A stretch of DNA of 64,000 bases, taken from contig NIVC01001751.1 of assembly GCA_002269645.1 (NCBI GenBank), forward strand, positions 178,127 through 242,126, in the 5' to 3' direction. This DNA comes from Macrostomum lignano (Eukaryota). The position numbers and the translations under genes are program-made. Of this stretch, positions 1-13,809 are shown piece after piece. Under the pieces are notes generated by a model. That model had not been told where the DNA came from, made no database searches, and saw only the letters and a list, made by a program, of their open reading frames with translations. The number at the start of each line of letters is the position of its first letter. Within the stretch, counting starts at the first letter, position 1.

Positions 1-950
1 TCGCATTTTAGCCCTAGCTACATGTATATATGCAGCCACTATTGTCTATTATCACTATTAGCCTGTTGCCAGTTTCCAATGCTACATGGTCAACTACAGT
101 AGCCGTCTCTCAAATATTTCTGCTTCTGTTGGCCATGTTAATAAATTTTAAAATCAAACGCCAACAATCATTATGAATTTGGGCCTTCAATAAAACCTAT
201 AAAACTATTGGCCTGTGGGTGCCTGCTTATCTGGTTGTTCTGTTATTCATCTTTCGCATGCCCATTGAAGTGCAAACAGTGGGTTGCCTCCGGTAATCTT
301 GTACCAAGTCGCATCACAAGGAAGACATCATCATCATCATCAGTCCAGGCCCAGCATCCATCAGACCAAAGGCAAGACAGATATGCGGCTGGGAGGCCCA
401 TCCCGAGAGAGAGCTACCCCCCCCCCCGCCATCCCCTCCGCGTGCTGGCACTCGCACGGTATTTTCTCAATTAGCTGTCTAACCATGCACCAGCGCACCG
501 GGCATAAACACACAATCGGGCACGATCCCCCTCCATTGCATTTCCCAGTGAATCTTTCCTAGCAGAAGTATAAGACAAGTTTGGGGATCCATATTGTTCC
601 CTTATATAGTACTGTCTATATAAGCACAGTCCGAAAATAGCAGTCGAAGTTAATCCAGCAAAAAACGGCAATTTAGTAACTGGATACACGGCGGGGCCAT
701 CTGGAACTTGGGTCTGGTTTCACCAGTCAGCTGACACTCTGCAGGGACGATGCTTCATCACTGACCCAGTTACTAGCATTTTTTGTTATTTAATTTTCAT
801 CATTTGTTTATTGATCTTCAAGTGTCTGCAATGACTAACGGAGCAGGATTTCAGACTTTCGCGTTAGCAGCTGGGAAATACATGTAGTTGATAAGGTCTC
901 GCAGCAACTGCTGTGTGGCACTTGCAGATTCTCTGTCAGTAAAAATAACA

Positions 951-1957
951 GGACAGAAACTGTATTCAGTGGCAGATTCTCAATCGGTACAGGAGATAAA
1001 CTGCTGTCAGTGGCAGATTCTCAATCGGTACAGCAGAGAAACTGCTGTCAGTGGCAGATTCTCAATCTGTACAGGAGATAAACTGCTGTAAGTGGCGGAT
1101 TCGCAATCGGTACAAGAGAGAAACTGCTGTCAGTGGCGGATTCGCAATCGGTACAAGAGAGAAACTGCTGTCAGTGGCAGATTCTCAATCGGTTCAGCAG
1201 AGAAACTGCTGTCAGTGGCAGATTCTCAATCGGTACAAGAGAGAAACTGCTGTCAGTGGCGGATTCGCAATCGGTACAAGAGAGAAACTGCTGTCAGTGG
1301 CGGATTCGCAATCGGTACAAGAGAGAAACTGCTGTCAGTGGCGGATTCTCAATCGGTACAAGAGAGAAACTGCTGTCAGTGGCGGATTCGCAATCGGTAC
1401 AAGAGAGAAACTGCTGTCAGTGGCGGATTCTCAATCTGTACAAGAGAGAAACTGCTGTCAGTGGCGGATTCTCAATCTGTACAAGAGAGAAACTGCTGTC
1501 AGTGGCGGATTCTCAATCGGTACAAGAGAGAAACTGCTGTCAGTGGCCGATTCTCAATCTGTACAAGAGAGAAACTGCTGTCAGTGGCAGATTCTCAATC
1601 GGTACAAGAGAGAAACTGCTGTCAGTGGCCGATTCTCAATCGGTACAAGAGAGAAACTGCTGTCAGTGGCGGATTCTCAATCTGTACAAAATGTGCTGTC
1701 AGTGGCCGATTCTCAATCTGTACAAGAGAGAAACTGCTGTCAGTGGCAGATTCTCAATCTGTACAGGAGATAAACTGCTGTCAGTGGCAGATTCTCAATC
1801 GGTACAGGAGATAAACTGCTGTCAGTGGCGGATTCTCAATCGGTACAAGAGAGAAACTGCTGTCAGTGGCGGATTCTCAATCGGTACAAGAGAGAAACTG
1901 CTGTCAGTGGCGGATTCTCAATCGGTACAAGAGAGAAACTGCTGTCAGTGGCAGATC
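951..1957. repeat. 41-bp minisatellite (~24 copies)
   Basis: Unit GAGAAACTGCTGTCAGTGGCGGATTCTCAATCGGTACAAGA read directly; it explains three overlapping 240-281 aa repetitive ORFs. Confidence 0.95.
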
Positions 1958-2389
1958 TGTCTCAGGCATCAGTTGTAAGCTAAATTTAGGAGTGTCACAA
2001 TAGACAGCTCCCCAAACAATGGACGCTGAGTAGCGGAGCACAATTGAAAGTCGGCAAGGAGAGATTGGTCAGACCAAAGCAGGTAATTCTCTCATTCTGT
2101 CAGCTCATCAACCTTTTAGCGCTGGGCTCAGTGAGGCGGTTGGAGCACCAGCTGCACTCAAAGGCAGCAGCTTCTTCCTGAACGACTAAAGTGGGGATCC
2201 ATGAGTCGAGTGGTCTCAAAATCTTTTTTTGAAATTCAATTTTAATTGTTAAAACGGCGGCATTGAGTCTGCAGTAAAAATGATTTATTCTGAATATAAT
2301 ACGATGAACTGTATTTTTACTCAGTCTCACAGATCTCTCTCAAACAAACTCACACTCGTGTAGTCTCACAACTCTCACACCATCTCAGA

Positions 2390-3240
2390 CTGTCGCACGA
2401 CCTCACTCACTGTCTCACCCTCACTCACTGTCTCACACTCACTCACTGTCTCACCCTCACTCTCTGTCTCACTCTCACTCACTGTCTCACTCTCACTCAC
2501 TGTCTCACTCTCACTCACTGTCTCACTCTCACTCACTGTCTCACTCTCAATTACTGTCTCACTCTCACTCTCTGTCTCACTCTCACTCTCTGTCTCACTC
2601 TCACTCTCTGTCTCACTCTCACTCTCTGTCTCACTCTCACTCTCACTCACTGTCTCACTCTCACTCACTGTCTCACTCTCACTCTCTGTCTCACCCTCAC
2701 TCACTGTCTCACTCTCACTCACTGTCTCACTCTCAATTACTGTCTCACTCTCACTCTCTGTCTCACCCTCACTCTCTGTCTCACTCTCACTCTCTGTCTC
2801 ACTCTCAATCACTGTCATACTCTTACTCTCAGTCTCACCTTCACTCACTGTCTCACTCTCACTCCCTGTCTCACTCTCACTCTCTGTCTCACTCTCGCTC
2901 ACTGTCTCACTTTCACTCCCTGTCTCACTCTCACTCACTGTCTCACTCTCACTCACTGTCTCACTCTCTCACACAGTCTCACACTCTCACAGTCTCAGAC
3001 TTTCACACAGTGTCACTCTCACACAGCCTCACACTCACACACAATTTCAGACTGTCACACAATCTCATAATCTCACTCAACATCTCACATTCTCCTTTAC
3101 ACTCTCACACAATCTCACTCACTCCCACTCTAGATCTCACTCTAGATCTCACTCTAGATCTCACTCTAGATCCCACTCTAGATCTCACACCAAATCTCAC
3201 CAGCACTCCCAATCTGAGTCCAACTCAGAATCTCTCACTA
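2390..3240. repeat. 18-bp CT/CA-rich minisatellite decaying into 12-bp units
   Basis: CTCACTCACTGTCTCACT units, then CTCTAGATCTCA units near 3128-3190; source of the SE/TE-rich minus-strand ORF. Confidence 0.9.
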
Positions 3241-3889
3241 AAAGCTTCCCTCGCGCCATCATCGCCGCAGTGATTCGCCCTCAAATTCGAATTTCGATCT
3301 GTCAGTTTTCTCTCGCTTTCAAAACACAGGCGGGGCCGCCATCGACTGCCCCCCGCTGCAGTGCTGCCGCGCCCATCGAAGCGGCAAGCTCAAGCCGGAC
3401 CCCCCCCCAGCTCCCCATGCATGCGGACCTAATGAGCCGGGCCCTTGGCTTACTTCATCTTCAATCGTCCTCAGCTTGCACGCTACGCACTCATCGACCC
3501 CCCATCTGATTTCGCATGTCTCGCCTTCCAGAAGTGCAGAATATCAGTACTCAGTTGCTATCATGCCGGCTATGCGATTCGGAAACTTGAATTTTTTACT
3601 TTCTCGAGGCTTGTCCGAACTGTGACATCATCTGACAAATAATTACGAGCTGATTAAATGTCCTCACGCCCTCGTAACGTCATCACAAAATTGAAAAGAA
3701 ACCCCCCAAGCCAGTTAGAATCTAGCAAAGGCCTTCTCTGTCAAAGGCCTGATTAGTCAAAAGGTCAATAAAGGCTCAAGGCGGGCCCGCTGGCTAAACA
3801 AGATTTCTAGTCAATTAAACAATTAATTATCCTGACTGCAGACCCTCGATTTCGGTGTCCGAGAAGCTAATTATTATAGCCTTTTTTCA

Positions 3890-3910
3890 GAGACAGAGAG
3901 ACAGACAGAC

Positions 3911-4007
<97 letters not shown>

Positions 4008-4157
4008 CTAAGACACTATGACACTAAGACACTAAGACACTAAGACACTAAGACACTAAGACACTAAGACACTAAGACACTAAGACACTAAGACACTAAG
4101 ACACTAAGACACTAAGACACTAAGACACTAAGACACTAAGACACTAAGACACTAAGA
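3890..4157. repeat. Compound microsatellite (GACA)n followed by (GACACTAA)n
   Basis: Seen directly. Confidence 0.95.
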
Positions 4158-5712
4158 CGGTTCGCCATCTGTCACAACAATTTTCCCTCCATGCCCTGCG
4201 AGCAGTTTGCAGCCAATGGCTGAATCGCACAGGACTGGCTGAAGGCAGAATGGCTGAATCGCCGCTGTCGGGGATTCGCTGAAGGCAGTGGAATAAATTC
4301 AAAGCTGACGAGAGTCCACAGCTGAGCAGTCAAGGAAAACTGATTGCAGTCCCAGGCGAGGATTGGGATACGGAAATCGCATAAACTGTCTGACGTGGTG
4401 AGTGGCAACTGTGTTTAAAATTATTGTTAAAGAGTTCTGGTTAGGGTTATGACTGGGTTTGTGACGAAAGTGCGTCGGGACGGTGCCAGTCGCCACCCCG
4501 TAATCAGAGACGGATGTGCGAGTCCGAGTAGCCTCATTCGATCCGGCTCGCTCATGCGTCCAAAGGATGCTAACGAAAGAAACGAGAAGCAAGGAAAATT
4601 GAGAGAAATCAGAAATCAAATCTTCCTTTTAGACTTTTCCGTAACTCAGTTCGTATAGGGAGATGGAAAATAAATAATTAGCCTAGGAAGCGGTCATGGG
4701 ATCTCAAGTATGAAGGTAGTCGGATCTGATCTTATCTGTATTCATTTCGGTCAGTCATTTGCCATGGCTTTACGGCTAAGCAGCTCGTAGACGCGCAGGT
4801 ACAGGTTCCAATTAATGGAAGAGGAGAGAGAGATGCCAGACTTGTTCTTGTAACTGTGGGGCCGAGCTGTCAGCTTTGAGTGACGCTTGGCACGCAACAT
4901 ATGGCTGGGAAGCAGCCGAAATACTTTCTCTCCGGTTTAACAAGAGAGAAATCCCGAGTCTGATGATGGCTGCTGCAAGTTGCCGACCTGCCGAATTGGG
5001 AAGCGTAAGTAGGCGCTGAAATCCTCTTTAAGCGGGCTGGTGGCAGACCCGCAGCAGCGGGCACTTCGTGTTTCACTGAAAACTATCCCAACCGAGTTTT
5101 TCACCCCTTCATTACGGCCCTGCGCCTCCCGCTATTGAGTTTCGTCTTTTGCGTTTCGTTTCCGATTCCAGCAACATGCAGTCCTGGGTGGTCCTGGACT
5201 GCCATAACGTTTCATAACTTGGTCCAACACTTCAGTCTCTCCTCTGCAGCGCAATCCCTCACAGTAAAAAGGTACTCGAGCGCAGGAATACGCTATGAAT
5301 ATGCTAATTAATTGCGGCTAGGAGTGCAAATTGAAGGAAATCCGGGCGGCCATTGAAGCGGAAAGGGCTGCGCTGAGCAAACGGAGTGCCCCACGCCCCG
5401 TCTCTCCAGTCCGCCCTAAGCCACGAAGTTGTTTGCCCCGACAAGCCAAGATGGCGTTGCAAAGCAGAGAGAGAGGAGAGAGCAGATTTCTGCTTCAAGG
5501 ATGCGAGCGTCCGGCGACTTATTAATGGGAGCGGAGCTCTCCGGAATGCATTCAATCTTTCGCAGTCCACTAAACTTGGCTCTCTGCGGCTCTCGCTTTC
5601 ACGTTTGTGCATTCGCAGATTTGGCGAGCCTTCCATCATGGCGGTTGATTGCAGGGTTATGAGGCGAAGGGCTGCTTGAGTAATAGTAGCTGAAAGTCAT
5701 TTTCCCAATGTC

Positions 5713-6115
5713 AGCGTGATTTTTGTTATAATAGTTAGCTGGGCTGATTTGAAACTGCGTGATTTTTGTTATAATAGTTAGCTGGGCTGATTTGAAACTG
5801 CGTGATTTTTGTTATAATAGTTAGCTGGGCTGATTTGAAACTGCGTGATTTTTGTTATAATAGTTAGCTAGGCTGATTTGAAACTGCGTGATTTTTGTTA
5901 TAACAGTTAGCTGGGCTGATTTGAAACTGCGTGATTTTTGTTATAATAGTTAGCTGGGCTGATTTGAAACTGCGTGATTTTTGTTATAACAGTTAGCTGG
6001 GCTGATTTGAAACTGCGTGATTTTTGTTATAATAGTTAGCTGGGCTGATTTGAAACTGCGTGATTTTTGTTATAATAGTTAGCTGGGCTGATTTGAAACG
6101 GCGTGATTTTTGTTT
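5713..6115. repeat. 43-bp minisatellite (~9 copies)
   Basis: Unit GCGTGATTTTTGTTATAATAGTTAGCTGGGCTGATTTGAAACT. Confidence 0.95.
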
Positions 6116-6404
6116 CTAAAAAATCTATTTAATCGGTTATTGACTTTCTTCTTTTTTCCCGGAGTTTTCTCCTTTCAACACAAAAAGGAAGCAAGCTTGG
6201 CAAAATATTGGAGAAAATATTTGAAAAAATGAGGCAGAATTGCAGACTCGGGACACTCCAATTAATGATCATACTTTGAAGATTTTGAGGAAAAGACGCG
6301 CGCATAAGCTTGAAATATGAATTTCTTTAGCTAACTACGTTTCAGTGGGGCTGGCGGTACTGGTATAGCTTCTGGTGAGGGCAATAAGAATGTCAATCAA
6401 TGTT

Positions 6405-6775
6405 GATGGCGCGCTAAAATCAGTGGTGATGAGGCACCAAAAACAGTGCTCATGGCGCCATATCAGTGCTCATGGCGCCAAAATCAAAGCTGATGACGCC
6501 AAAATCAGTGCTGATGGCGCCAAAATCAGTGCTGATGACGCCAAAATCAGTGCTGATGGCGCCAAAATCAGTGCTGATGACGCCAAAATCAGTGCTCAAG
6601 GCGCCAAAATCAGTGCTGATGACGCCAAAATCAGTGCTGATGGCGCCAAAATCAGTGCTGATGGCGCCAAAATCAGTGCTCATGGCGCCAAAATCAAAGC
6701 TGATGACGCCAAAATCAGTGCTGATGACGCCAAAATCAGGGCTGATGGCGCCAAAATCAGTGGTGATGGCGCGCC
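6405..6775. repeat. 21-bp minisatellite
   Basis: Unit ATCAGTGCTGATGGCGCCAAA and variants; gives ADGAKIS-type pseudo-ORFs. Confidence 0.9.
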
Positions 6776-7275
6776 AGAATCTTGCCTACCAAAGTCTCGT
6801 CTGGAACTACAAAATATGGATTTAGTCTTGAGCCCTATAAAATTGAGTGCTATTTTGTAATAAAAGGTGAACTATTAATTTATCTAGGCACCGGACTCCC
6901 GTGACGGATTTTAACATCGGCAGTGAGGCTGCAGTCCTGTCAGCAGGCTTGACTTCAGTTGACAGCAATTACTCAAAATTATGGCCCATAATAAATATTT
7001 ACGAGCAGAATTAAAGTCGGCAGTTTGGTTAATACACCACAGCTCATGGTATCCGAGGCAATTCATATTTCTACTATCACTATATGCAAGCCTCCTGAGA
7101 ATTAGAAATTTCAGCGGCTCGGTGTGGATCTTGGGAAAAACTTTTGACGTAGGTCTGACCCGAAACTTCTCTGGATTAGAAATTTTATAATCCTGGAATG
7201 GGCTGCCAATTGAAATTCTATTTATACTTTATAGTTGTTGCAATAAACTTGATTTAAACACCTTGACTTGACTTG

Positions 7276-7563
7276 AACACCCACAAGTACCCCGCTTCCC
7301 ATTGTTGCAGGGTATCTAACACCCACAAGCACCCCAATTCGCATTGTTGCAGGGTATCTAACACCCACAAGCACCCCAATTCCCATTGTTGCAGGGTATC
7401 TAACACCCACAAGCACCCCAATTCGCATTGTTGCAGGGTATCTAACACCCACAAGCACCCCGCTTCCCACTGTTGCAGGGTATCCAACAACCACAAGCAC
7501 CCCACTTCCCACTGTTGCAGGGTATCCAACAACCACAAGCACCCCGCTTCCCATTGTTGCAGA
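7276..7563. repeat. 39-bp minisatellite (~7 copies) immediately upstream of the GPCR start codon
   Basis: Unit contains CCCATTGTTGCAGGGTATCTAACACCCACAAGCACCCC; the last copy ends 12 nt before ATG 7576. Confidence 0.9.
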
Positions 7564-7575
7564 AAATCCTCAACC

Positions 7576-9716
7576 ATGGGATCAGCGCTGAGCGGGCCCC
7601 TGGCCAACCGCACCCAGCTGATAGCCTGCAGCAACATATCCGGATTGCGAGCCTCAGAGCACCAGGCGCTGGCCAGGTTCCAGGAATTCTACCGGCCTGT
7701 CCATGGCTACGTGTGCGTGCTGCTGTGCGTCTTCGGCGTGGTGGCCAACGTGGCTAACATTGCCGTGCTCACTCGCAAGGTGATGCTGGCCTCCTCCATC
7801 AATGTCATCCTGCTGGCTGTGGCGGCCGCCGATCTGCTCACAATGCTGCTGTACTTTTTTCAGGTGCTTTTTTGACTAAATAATTCATTTTTTATAACTA
7901 TGGTACTTTTTAAGCATGCTGTGCTCTGAGGGTTAGGGCCGGCTAACATTTAAATCCGTTTGATGGATTCGTACATAGCTCGTGTACCCTATGTACAGAC
8001 TTCATCACGTGACTGCTTTACCGCATTTATTATCTCGTCACGTGATGAAGCTTGTGCGTGGGGGGCAAATGTACATTGGGGGAGCAGCTGTGGAATAATG
8101 ACCGGATAACTAACGCGCCACCATTGCTTAGTCTGTTGCATCTTAGTCTGCTTTATCAGTGGCAGGAGGCTGTGTGCACCCTGGCGCACTTTAAGCGACA
8201 TTGCCACACAACCGGCGAGAGGCATTGCTGCCCATTCCGCCGACTCCCCTGAGCAGCACACAAGCGCGCGGATACGTACGCAGTCACACGCGCAGGCACA
8301 CACTCACACAGGAGTGTACAGCGGCCCTAACTTTATTTATCGTTAGGCATGTACACTTCACTGTGCCTTGGGGGTTGGCCATCAATGCCGCTAACTGCAC
8401 GAGCAGAGCCAAGCCGGGATTCCAATTCAGCCCCAAATTCATGTGACTGCACTTGGAATCGAGCCTGGGCCGCTGGCATATCGGAGCGCCACCTCAGACC
8501 ACACATGTGTATCATTGCAGTGTGCTTTTTCTAAATTTAGCAGAATTAAGCTACTGCAAGTAGAAGCATTAGAAATATCCATGGTACCCATTAGTTAGTT
8601 AAGTTAGATTGCAGTGGGTGAGTCGCACGAGCGTACGGCAACTCCTGGGACCAGTTTTTGGCCTGGAGCCAAAAAAGCACTTTAGCATTTTTGAAGTACC
8701 ACGGAGCCACTCTGCCCCGCAACAATGCCCCGTAGATTCTGCACTTCACCCTGCTATCGCCGGGCGAGGGCCTGAGCATGCCGCACACCCTATCGTACCC
8801 GTGGATCGTGTACTCGCTGTTCGCCATCAGCCTGGTGCTGGTGCTGCACACCGTGGCCTGCTGGCTGACGGTGGCGCTGGCCGTGTTCCGCTTCCTCTAC
8901 ATCGCCCTACCGACCCGCGGTGTCCAGCTGGCCAGCTTCCGCAACGCCTACATCAGCATAGCCGCCATCTGCCTGGTGTTCGCGCTGACCACCACGCCCA
9001 ACTACCTGGTGAACGTGGCCAAAGCCTGCCGCTCCAGCCGGGACCAGGTGGTGTACTTCATCGGCCTGCCGGACGTGATGACAGCAAGCCTGGTGGAGTC
9101 GAACTACTGGACCATCGCCGTGCTGTACAAGATCGTGCCCTGCCTGCTGCTCTCGTTGATGACCGTCCTGCTGATTGTCCAGCTGTCCAACGCGGCCCGC
9201 AGGCGCCGAAAGCTGCTCAGCAGTGGCAAGAGTTCCCAGCGGGAGCAGCGGAAGGATAGGCGGGAGCAGCGGACCACCATCATGCTGCTGGCCATTGTGA
9301 TCATCTTCATCATCACCGAGCTGCCGCAGGGCATCATGTCCCTTCTCTGTTTCGTAGTTAAAAATTTCGACACCAACGTCTACAGTCCTCTCGGCGACGT
9401 CCTCGACCTGCTGTCCCTGATCAACAACAGCGTCAACTTCGTGCTGTACACCACCATGTCCAAGCAGTTTCGCGACACCTTCGCTGACGTGTTTCTCACC
9501 TGGTGCCGCCGGCCGGGACCGCCAGCCGCTGCAAAAGGCGGCGAAGCGAAAGACGCAGCCGCTGTGGAGATTGAGGATGACGATGGGGCCCAGCCGCCGG
9601 CGCCGAACGGCCAAGAGGCCGGCAGAGCGAAGCCGGCCGCCGCCTGCTCGACAGGGGAAATCGCCTGCGAGGAGGCGATGCCGCTGCAGTCTCAGAGACG
9701 GAGCCACCTGGTCTGA
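7576..9716 (+). CDS. Class A peptide GPCR, myosuppressin/sex-peptide/FMRFamide-receptor-like (7TM Srw/DmsR type), ~422 aa, 2 exons
   Basis: Exon 1 7576-7863 (MGSALSGPLANRT...GVVANVANIAVLTRK...LAVAAADLLTMLLYFFQ, CAG|GT, phase 0). Exon 2 8736-9716 (TAG|ATT; ILHF...HTVACWLTVALAVFRFLYI...TELPQG...NNSVNFVLYTTMSKQFRDTF). Seven hydrophobic segments, N-terminal NRT/NIS sequons and family-typical TM3, TM6 and TM7 motifs. Confidence 0.92.
7910..8502 (-). mobile_element. tRNA-derived SINE copy in GPCR intron 1
   Basis: 8157-8502 is the reverse complement of 22035-22380 at high similarity; the lower boundary is approximate. Confidence 0.7.
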
Positions 9717-9885
9717 TCGAATTCTCGAACCTGAACCACTCTGGCGTTTTCGTCCTTACATCACGAGCTATGAACCAACCGTTGTTTTCGTGTGTCTCGT
9801 GAACTGAAGCTGTCATAAACGGCAACATTTCCATCATTGTGTTGTGTGCTTAGCTGAGCCTCTGTGCGCGTCGATTCGTTTGAAC

Positions 9886-10348
9886 CAGGGGTCGGCAAAC
9901 TCGGGCTCGCGAGGCCTTCGGGTCCTTTGAAACTTCTCTCCTCTCTCTCTCTCTCTCTCTCGACTCTCTTCTCCCTCCTCGACTCTCTTCTCCCTCCTCG
10001 ACTCTCTTCTCTCTCCTCGACTCTCTTCTCTCTCCTCGACTCTCTTCTCTCTCCTCGACTCTCTTCTCTCTCCTCGACTCTCTTCTCTCTCCTCGACTCT
10101 CTTATCTTTCCTCGACTCTCTTCTCTCTCCTCGACTCTCTTCTCTCTCCTCGACTCTCTTCTCTCTCCTCGACTCTCTTATCTCTCCTCGACTCTCTTCT
10201 CTCTCCTCGACTCTCTTCTCTCTCCTCGACTCTCTTATCTCTCCTCGACTCTCTTCTCTCTCCCCTCCTCTCTCCCTCTCATCTGGCCCGCAGCCAAGAG
10301 CTAGAATCTTTATCTGGCCCTTGAGGTAAAACAGTTTGCCGACCCCAG
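9886..10348 (+). mobile_element. hAT-type MITE with an internal CT-rich 19-mer array
   Basis: Termini CAGGGGTCGGCAAAC ... GTTTGCCGACCCCAG; subterminal CTGGCCCTTGAGGTAAAACAG shared with the copies at 40.2 and 40.6 kb. Confidence 0.8.
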
Positions 10349-10499
10349 GTTCAAACTCTGTGCCCGCTTATCCGCCTCTTGCCTTCCCCGTTAATTCCCT
10401 TAAGTCGCTTCGAGGCAGACAATATAACTTGTTGAGTTTTCGTAGTGCAACAAAAATCACATTAGAAAATTGTCTTTTGGAAAAATCTTGGTTGTAGAG

Positions 10500-10995
10500 A
10501 AGACAGAAGAGAGGAGAGAGAAGAGGAAAGGAGAGGAGAGGAGAGGAGAAGAGAGGAGAGGAGAGGAGAGGAGAAGAGAGAGGAGAGGAGAGGAGAGGAG
10601 AGGAGAGGAGAAGAGAGGAGAGGAGAGGAGAGGAGAGGAGAAGAGAGAGGAGAGGAGAGGAGAGGAGAGGAGAGGAGAGGAGAGGAGAGGAGAGGAGAGG
10701 AGAGGAGGGGAGGAGAGGAGAGGAGAGGAGAGAGAGAGGAGAGGAGAGGAGAGGAGAGGAGAGGAGAGGAGAGGAGAGGAGAGGAGAGGAGAGGAGGGAG
10801 AGGAGAGAGGAGAGGAGAGGAGAGGAGAGGAGAGGAGAGGAGAGGAGAGGAGAGGAGAGGAGAGGAGAGGAGAGGAGAGGAGAGGAGAGGAGAGGAGAGG
10901 AGAGGAGATGAGTGAAGTTTCAAAGGACCCGAAGGCCTGATAGAGAGGCTACGCGGGCCGCATGTGGCCTGCGGGCCGAAGTTTGCTGACCCTTG
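10500..10995 (-). mobile_element. Partial hAT-type MITE (5' end at ~10995) running into a (CTCTC)n/(GAGGA)n array
   Basis: Reverse complement CAAGGGTCAGCAAACTTCGGCCCGCAGGCCACATGCGGCCCG...GGCCTTCGGGTCCTTTGAAACTTC matches the other copies; pentamer array 10500-10908. Confidence 0.75.
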
Positions 10996-11274
10996 ATGTA
11001 AGATGCCGTTCATGTTAAGGCTGATAAAGCTGCATGATATGCTTCATATTTGCAAAACAACTATTAAAAAGTTCTACTTGATCCATCTACCATTTTTGAA
11101 GCTGACGATCTCCCGGCGGTTCGGTGAATTTATGCGTCTGAATTGTTGAGGCTGCAGATACCGGTCCGATAGGAGGCTGGCTGATAAATCTCCTGCCTTC
11201 AGAGCCGACAGACCCACGAAGGCGGAGCGCGCAGCCGTTTCTGGCTTTTGTGCTTCAGGAACGCAGCCTGACCT

Positions 11275-11766
<492 letters not shown>

Positions 11767-12342
11767 TAAATCATACTTGCTTCATTTCAAAACGGCAGTC
11801 CAAAAGGTGAGATTTCCAATCTCGCAGCTAAAGTACATCGCACTGGGTACAGCGGCTGCTCGTGAGACGTAGTCAGAATCGATAAACCGATTTGGTCCCT
11901 CGAATTCATCGCAAAATCCGACGCTCTCACGGCTCACGGTTGAAGCGGCTTCAAAGCCGATAATTTTTTGCCTATCAGACTGGAAAATCGAAGGAAAAAA
12001 GCGTAAGTGGAAAATCATATCTTCGAATAGCTGTTGTCGCAGTTTTTTGTACGCGTCAGATAAACTCTCGTCTGAGCTAAACGCAGCACAAACAGCTTGA
12101 ATGAAAATGCATCTAATTAGAGACCAATTAGGATGGTAATCACATCAGTGCGCAGAGTCTTCTGCTTGCTTGATTTAATTATTTAGCATCTGTCTCAATC
12201 TGTCTCAACTAGCGCAATCATTTAATCATTTAATTTGGCGCGGCCAGCAGTGCCGGCGGCACGCGAACCCCTGACCGCCAGTTGCTTGGACGGTTTGATA
12301 CTAAGCAGATTCGGTTTTTCCCGAATTGCGGATTGATATACT

Positions 12343-12600
12343 GGCACCGGTGCCCTTGTAGCTTCCGGTGATCCTGTCAGCACCTGGTGCCCTTGTAGCT
12401 TCCAGTGATCCTGTCAGCACCTGGTGCCCTTGTAGCTTCCGGTGATCCTGTAAGCACCTACCCTTGAGCTTCCGGTGATCCTGTCAGCACCTGGTGCCCT
12501 TGTAGCTTCCAGTGATCCTGTCAGCACCTGGTGCCCTTGTAGCTTCCGGTGATCCTGTAAGCACCTACCCTTGAGCTTCCGGTGATCCTGTCAGCACCTA
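12343..12600. repeat. 37/33-bp minisatellite with a duplicated 37+37+33 block
   Basis: Units CACCTGGTGCCCTTGTAGCTTCCGGTGATCCTGTCAG and CACCTACCCTTGAGCTTCCGGTGATCCTGTCAG. Confidence 0.85.
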
Positions 12601-13322
12601 CCATCTACGAGCGTATTGATAATTTATGAAACTTTTTGATACTGTCAAGCCTGTCAAACCTTCACAGTCTAAGACTTAGTTAACAAGAAATCTACTCAAA
12701 GCTTGGCAACACTCCGTCGCAGCAGAAGCCACTATAAGCAGAATTTCAACTCTAGACTCGATTTTTTTCTTCTAGACTTCCTTTAGCAACTGCCGGTCTA
12801 TCTGGCGAGTTTAGTGAGGCCAAGCTAAGTTGCTGGCGGCTCTGGTTTCAAACGGATTAGCAAAGCTCCCGCTGGCCGAGTCCCGAATTGGCCAGGTGGG
12901 CCTGAGAGAGCTTAAGCGGCTTACTAGCTGAATGCATAATGCACTGCAAGAGTTCGGGCCCGGGCATTCACAGCCATTCTCTGCCTTCATCAATAGGCAG
13001 TGCTCACTGAAAGCGGCTCAGAAAGTCATTGTTGCTTTGAAACACCGCCCCATCACCCCTATCCAGAATCCCTGCTTCGTAACTGAATTCAGTTCCGGCA
13101 CGCTTGGCTTCTCCTCGCTCACGCGAACATGCGCATAAATCAAAGATTTCCCCTTTCAGGGATTTTTAATCTGACCCTCAACAAGCCAAGTGGAAATTGA
13201 GTTGAAGGCTCATGTCAACTCAAATTACTCGATATTTCAATTATTTACTTGACCAGATTCTGACATCAAAGACGCTTGGAATTGGATGAAGTTGGTATTA
13301 TTTTTAATGCGTCATTACCGCG

Positions 13323-13748
13323 CTGTGACTGGCGGAATGCTTGATGTGACTGGCGGAATGCTTGATGTGACTGTCGGAACACTTGATGTGACTGCCGGAA
13401 CACTTGATGTGACTGCCGGAACACTTGATGTGACTGCCTTAACACTTGATGTGACTGCCTTAACACTTGATGTGACTGCCGGAACACTTGATGTGACTGG
13501 CGGAACACTTGATGTGACTGCCGGGACACTTGATGTGACTGTCGGAACACTTGATGTGACTGCCGGGACACTTGATGTGACTGCCGGAACACTTGATGTG
13601 ACTGCCGGAACACTTGATGTGACTGCCGGAACACTTGATGTGACTGCCGGAACACTTGATGTGACTGCCGGAACACTTGATGTGACTCTTGATGTGACTG
13701 CCGGAACACTTGATGTGACTGGCGGAATGCTTGATGTGACTGCCGGAT
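13323..13748. repeat. 21-bp minisatellite (~20 copies)
   Basis: Unit CTTGATGTGACTGCCGGAACA. Confidence 0.95.
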
Positions 13749-13809
13749 CACTTGTTATTAAGACAAAGTTTAGCAAATTACTTAAATGATTGTTTTTTTG
13801 CACTGATAA

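Noticed and set aside
951-1957. CRISPR-like or repeat-protein interpretation of regular arrays (also 44.4 kb and 62.6 kb)
   Set aside because: The units are contiguous with no unique spacers, there are no cas genes, and the context is eukaryotic.
4170-5680. Possible LTR (TGTCAC start, AATAAA) and gag remnant
   Set aside because: No second LTR, no convincing primer-binding site and no recognisable protein motif.
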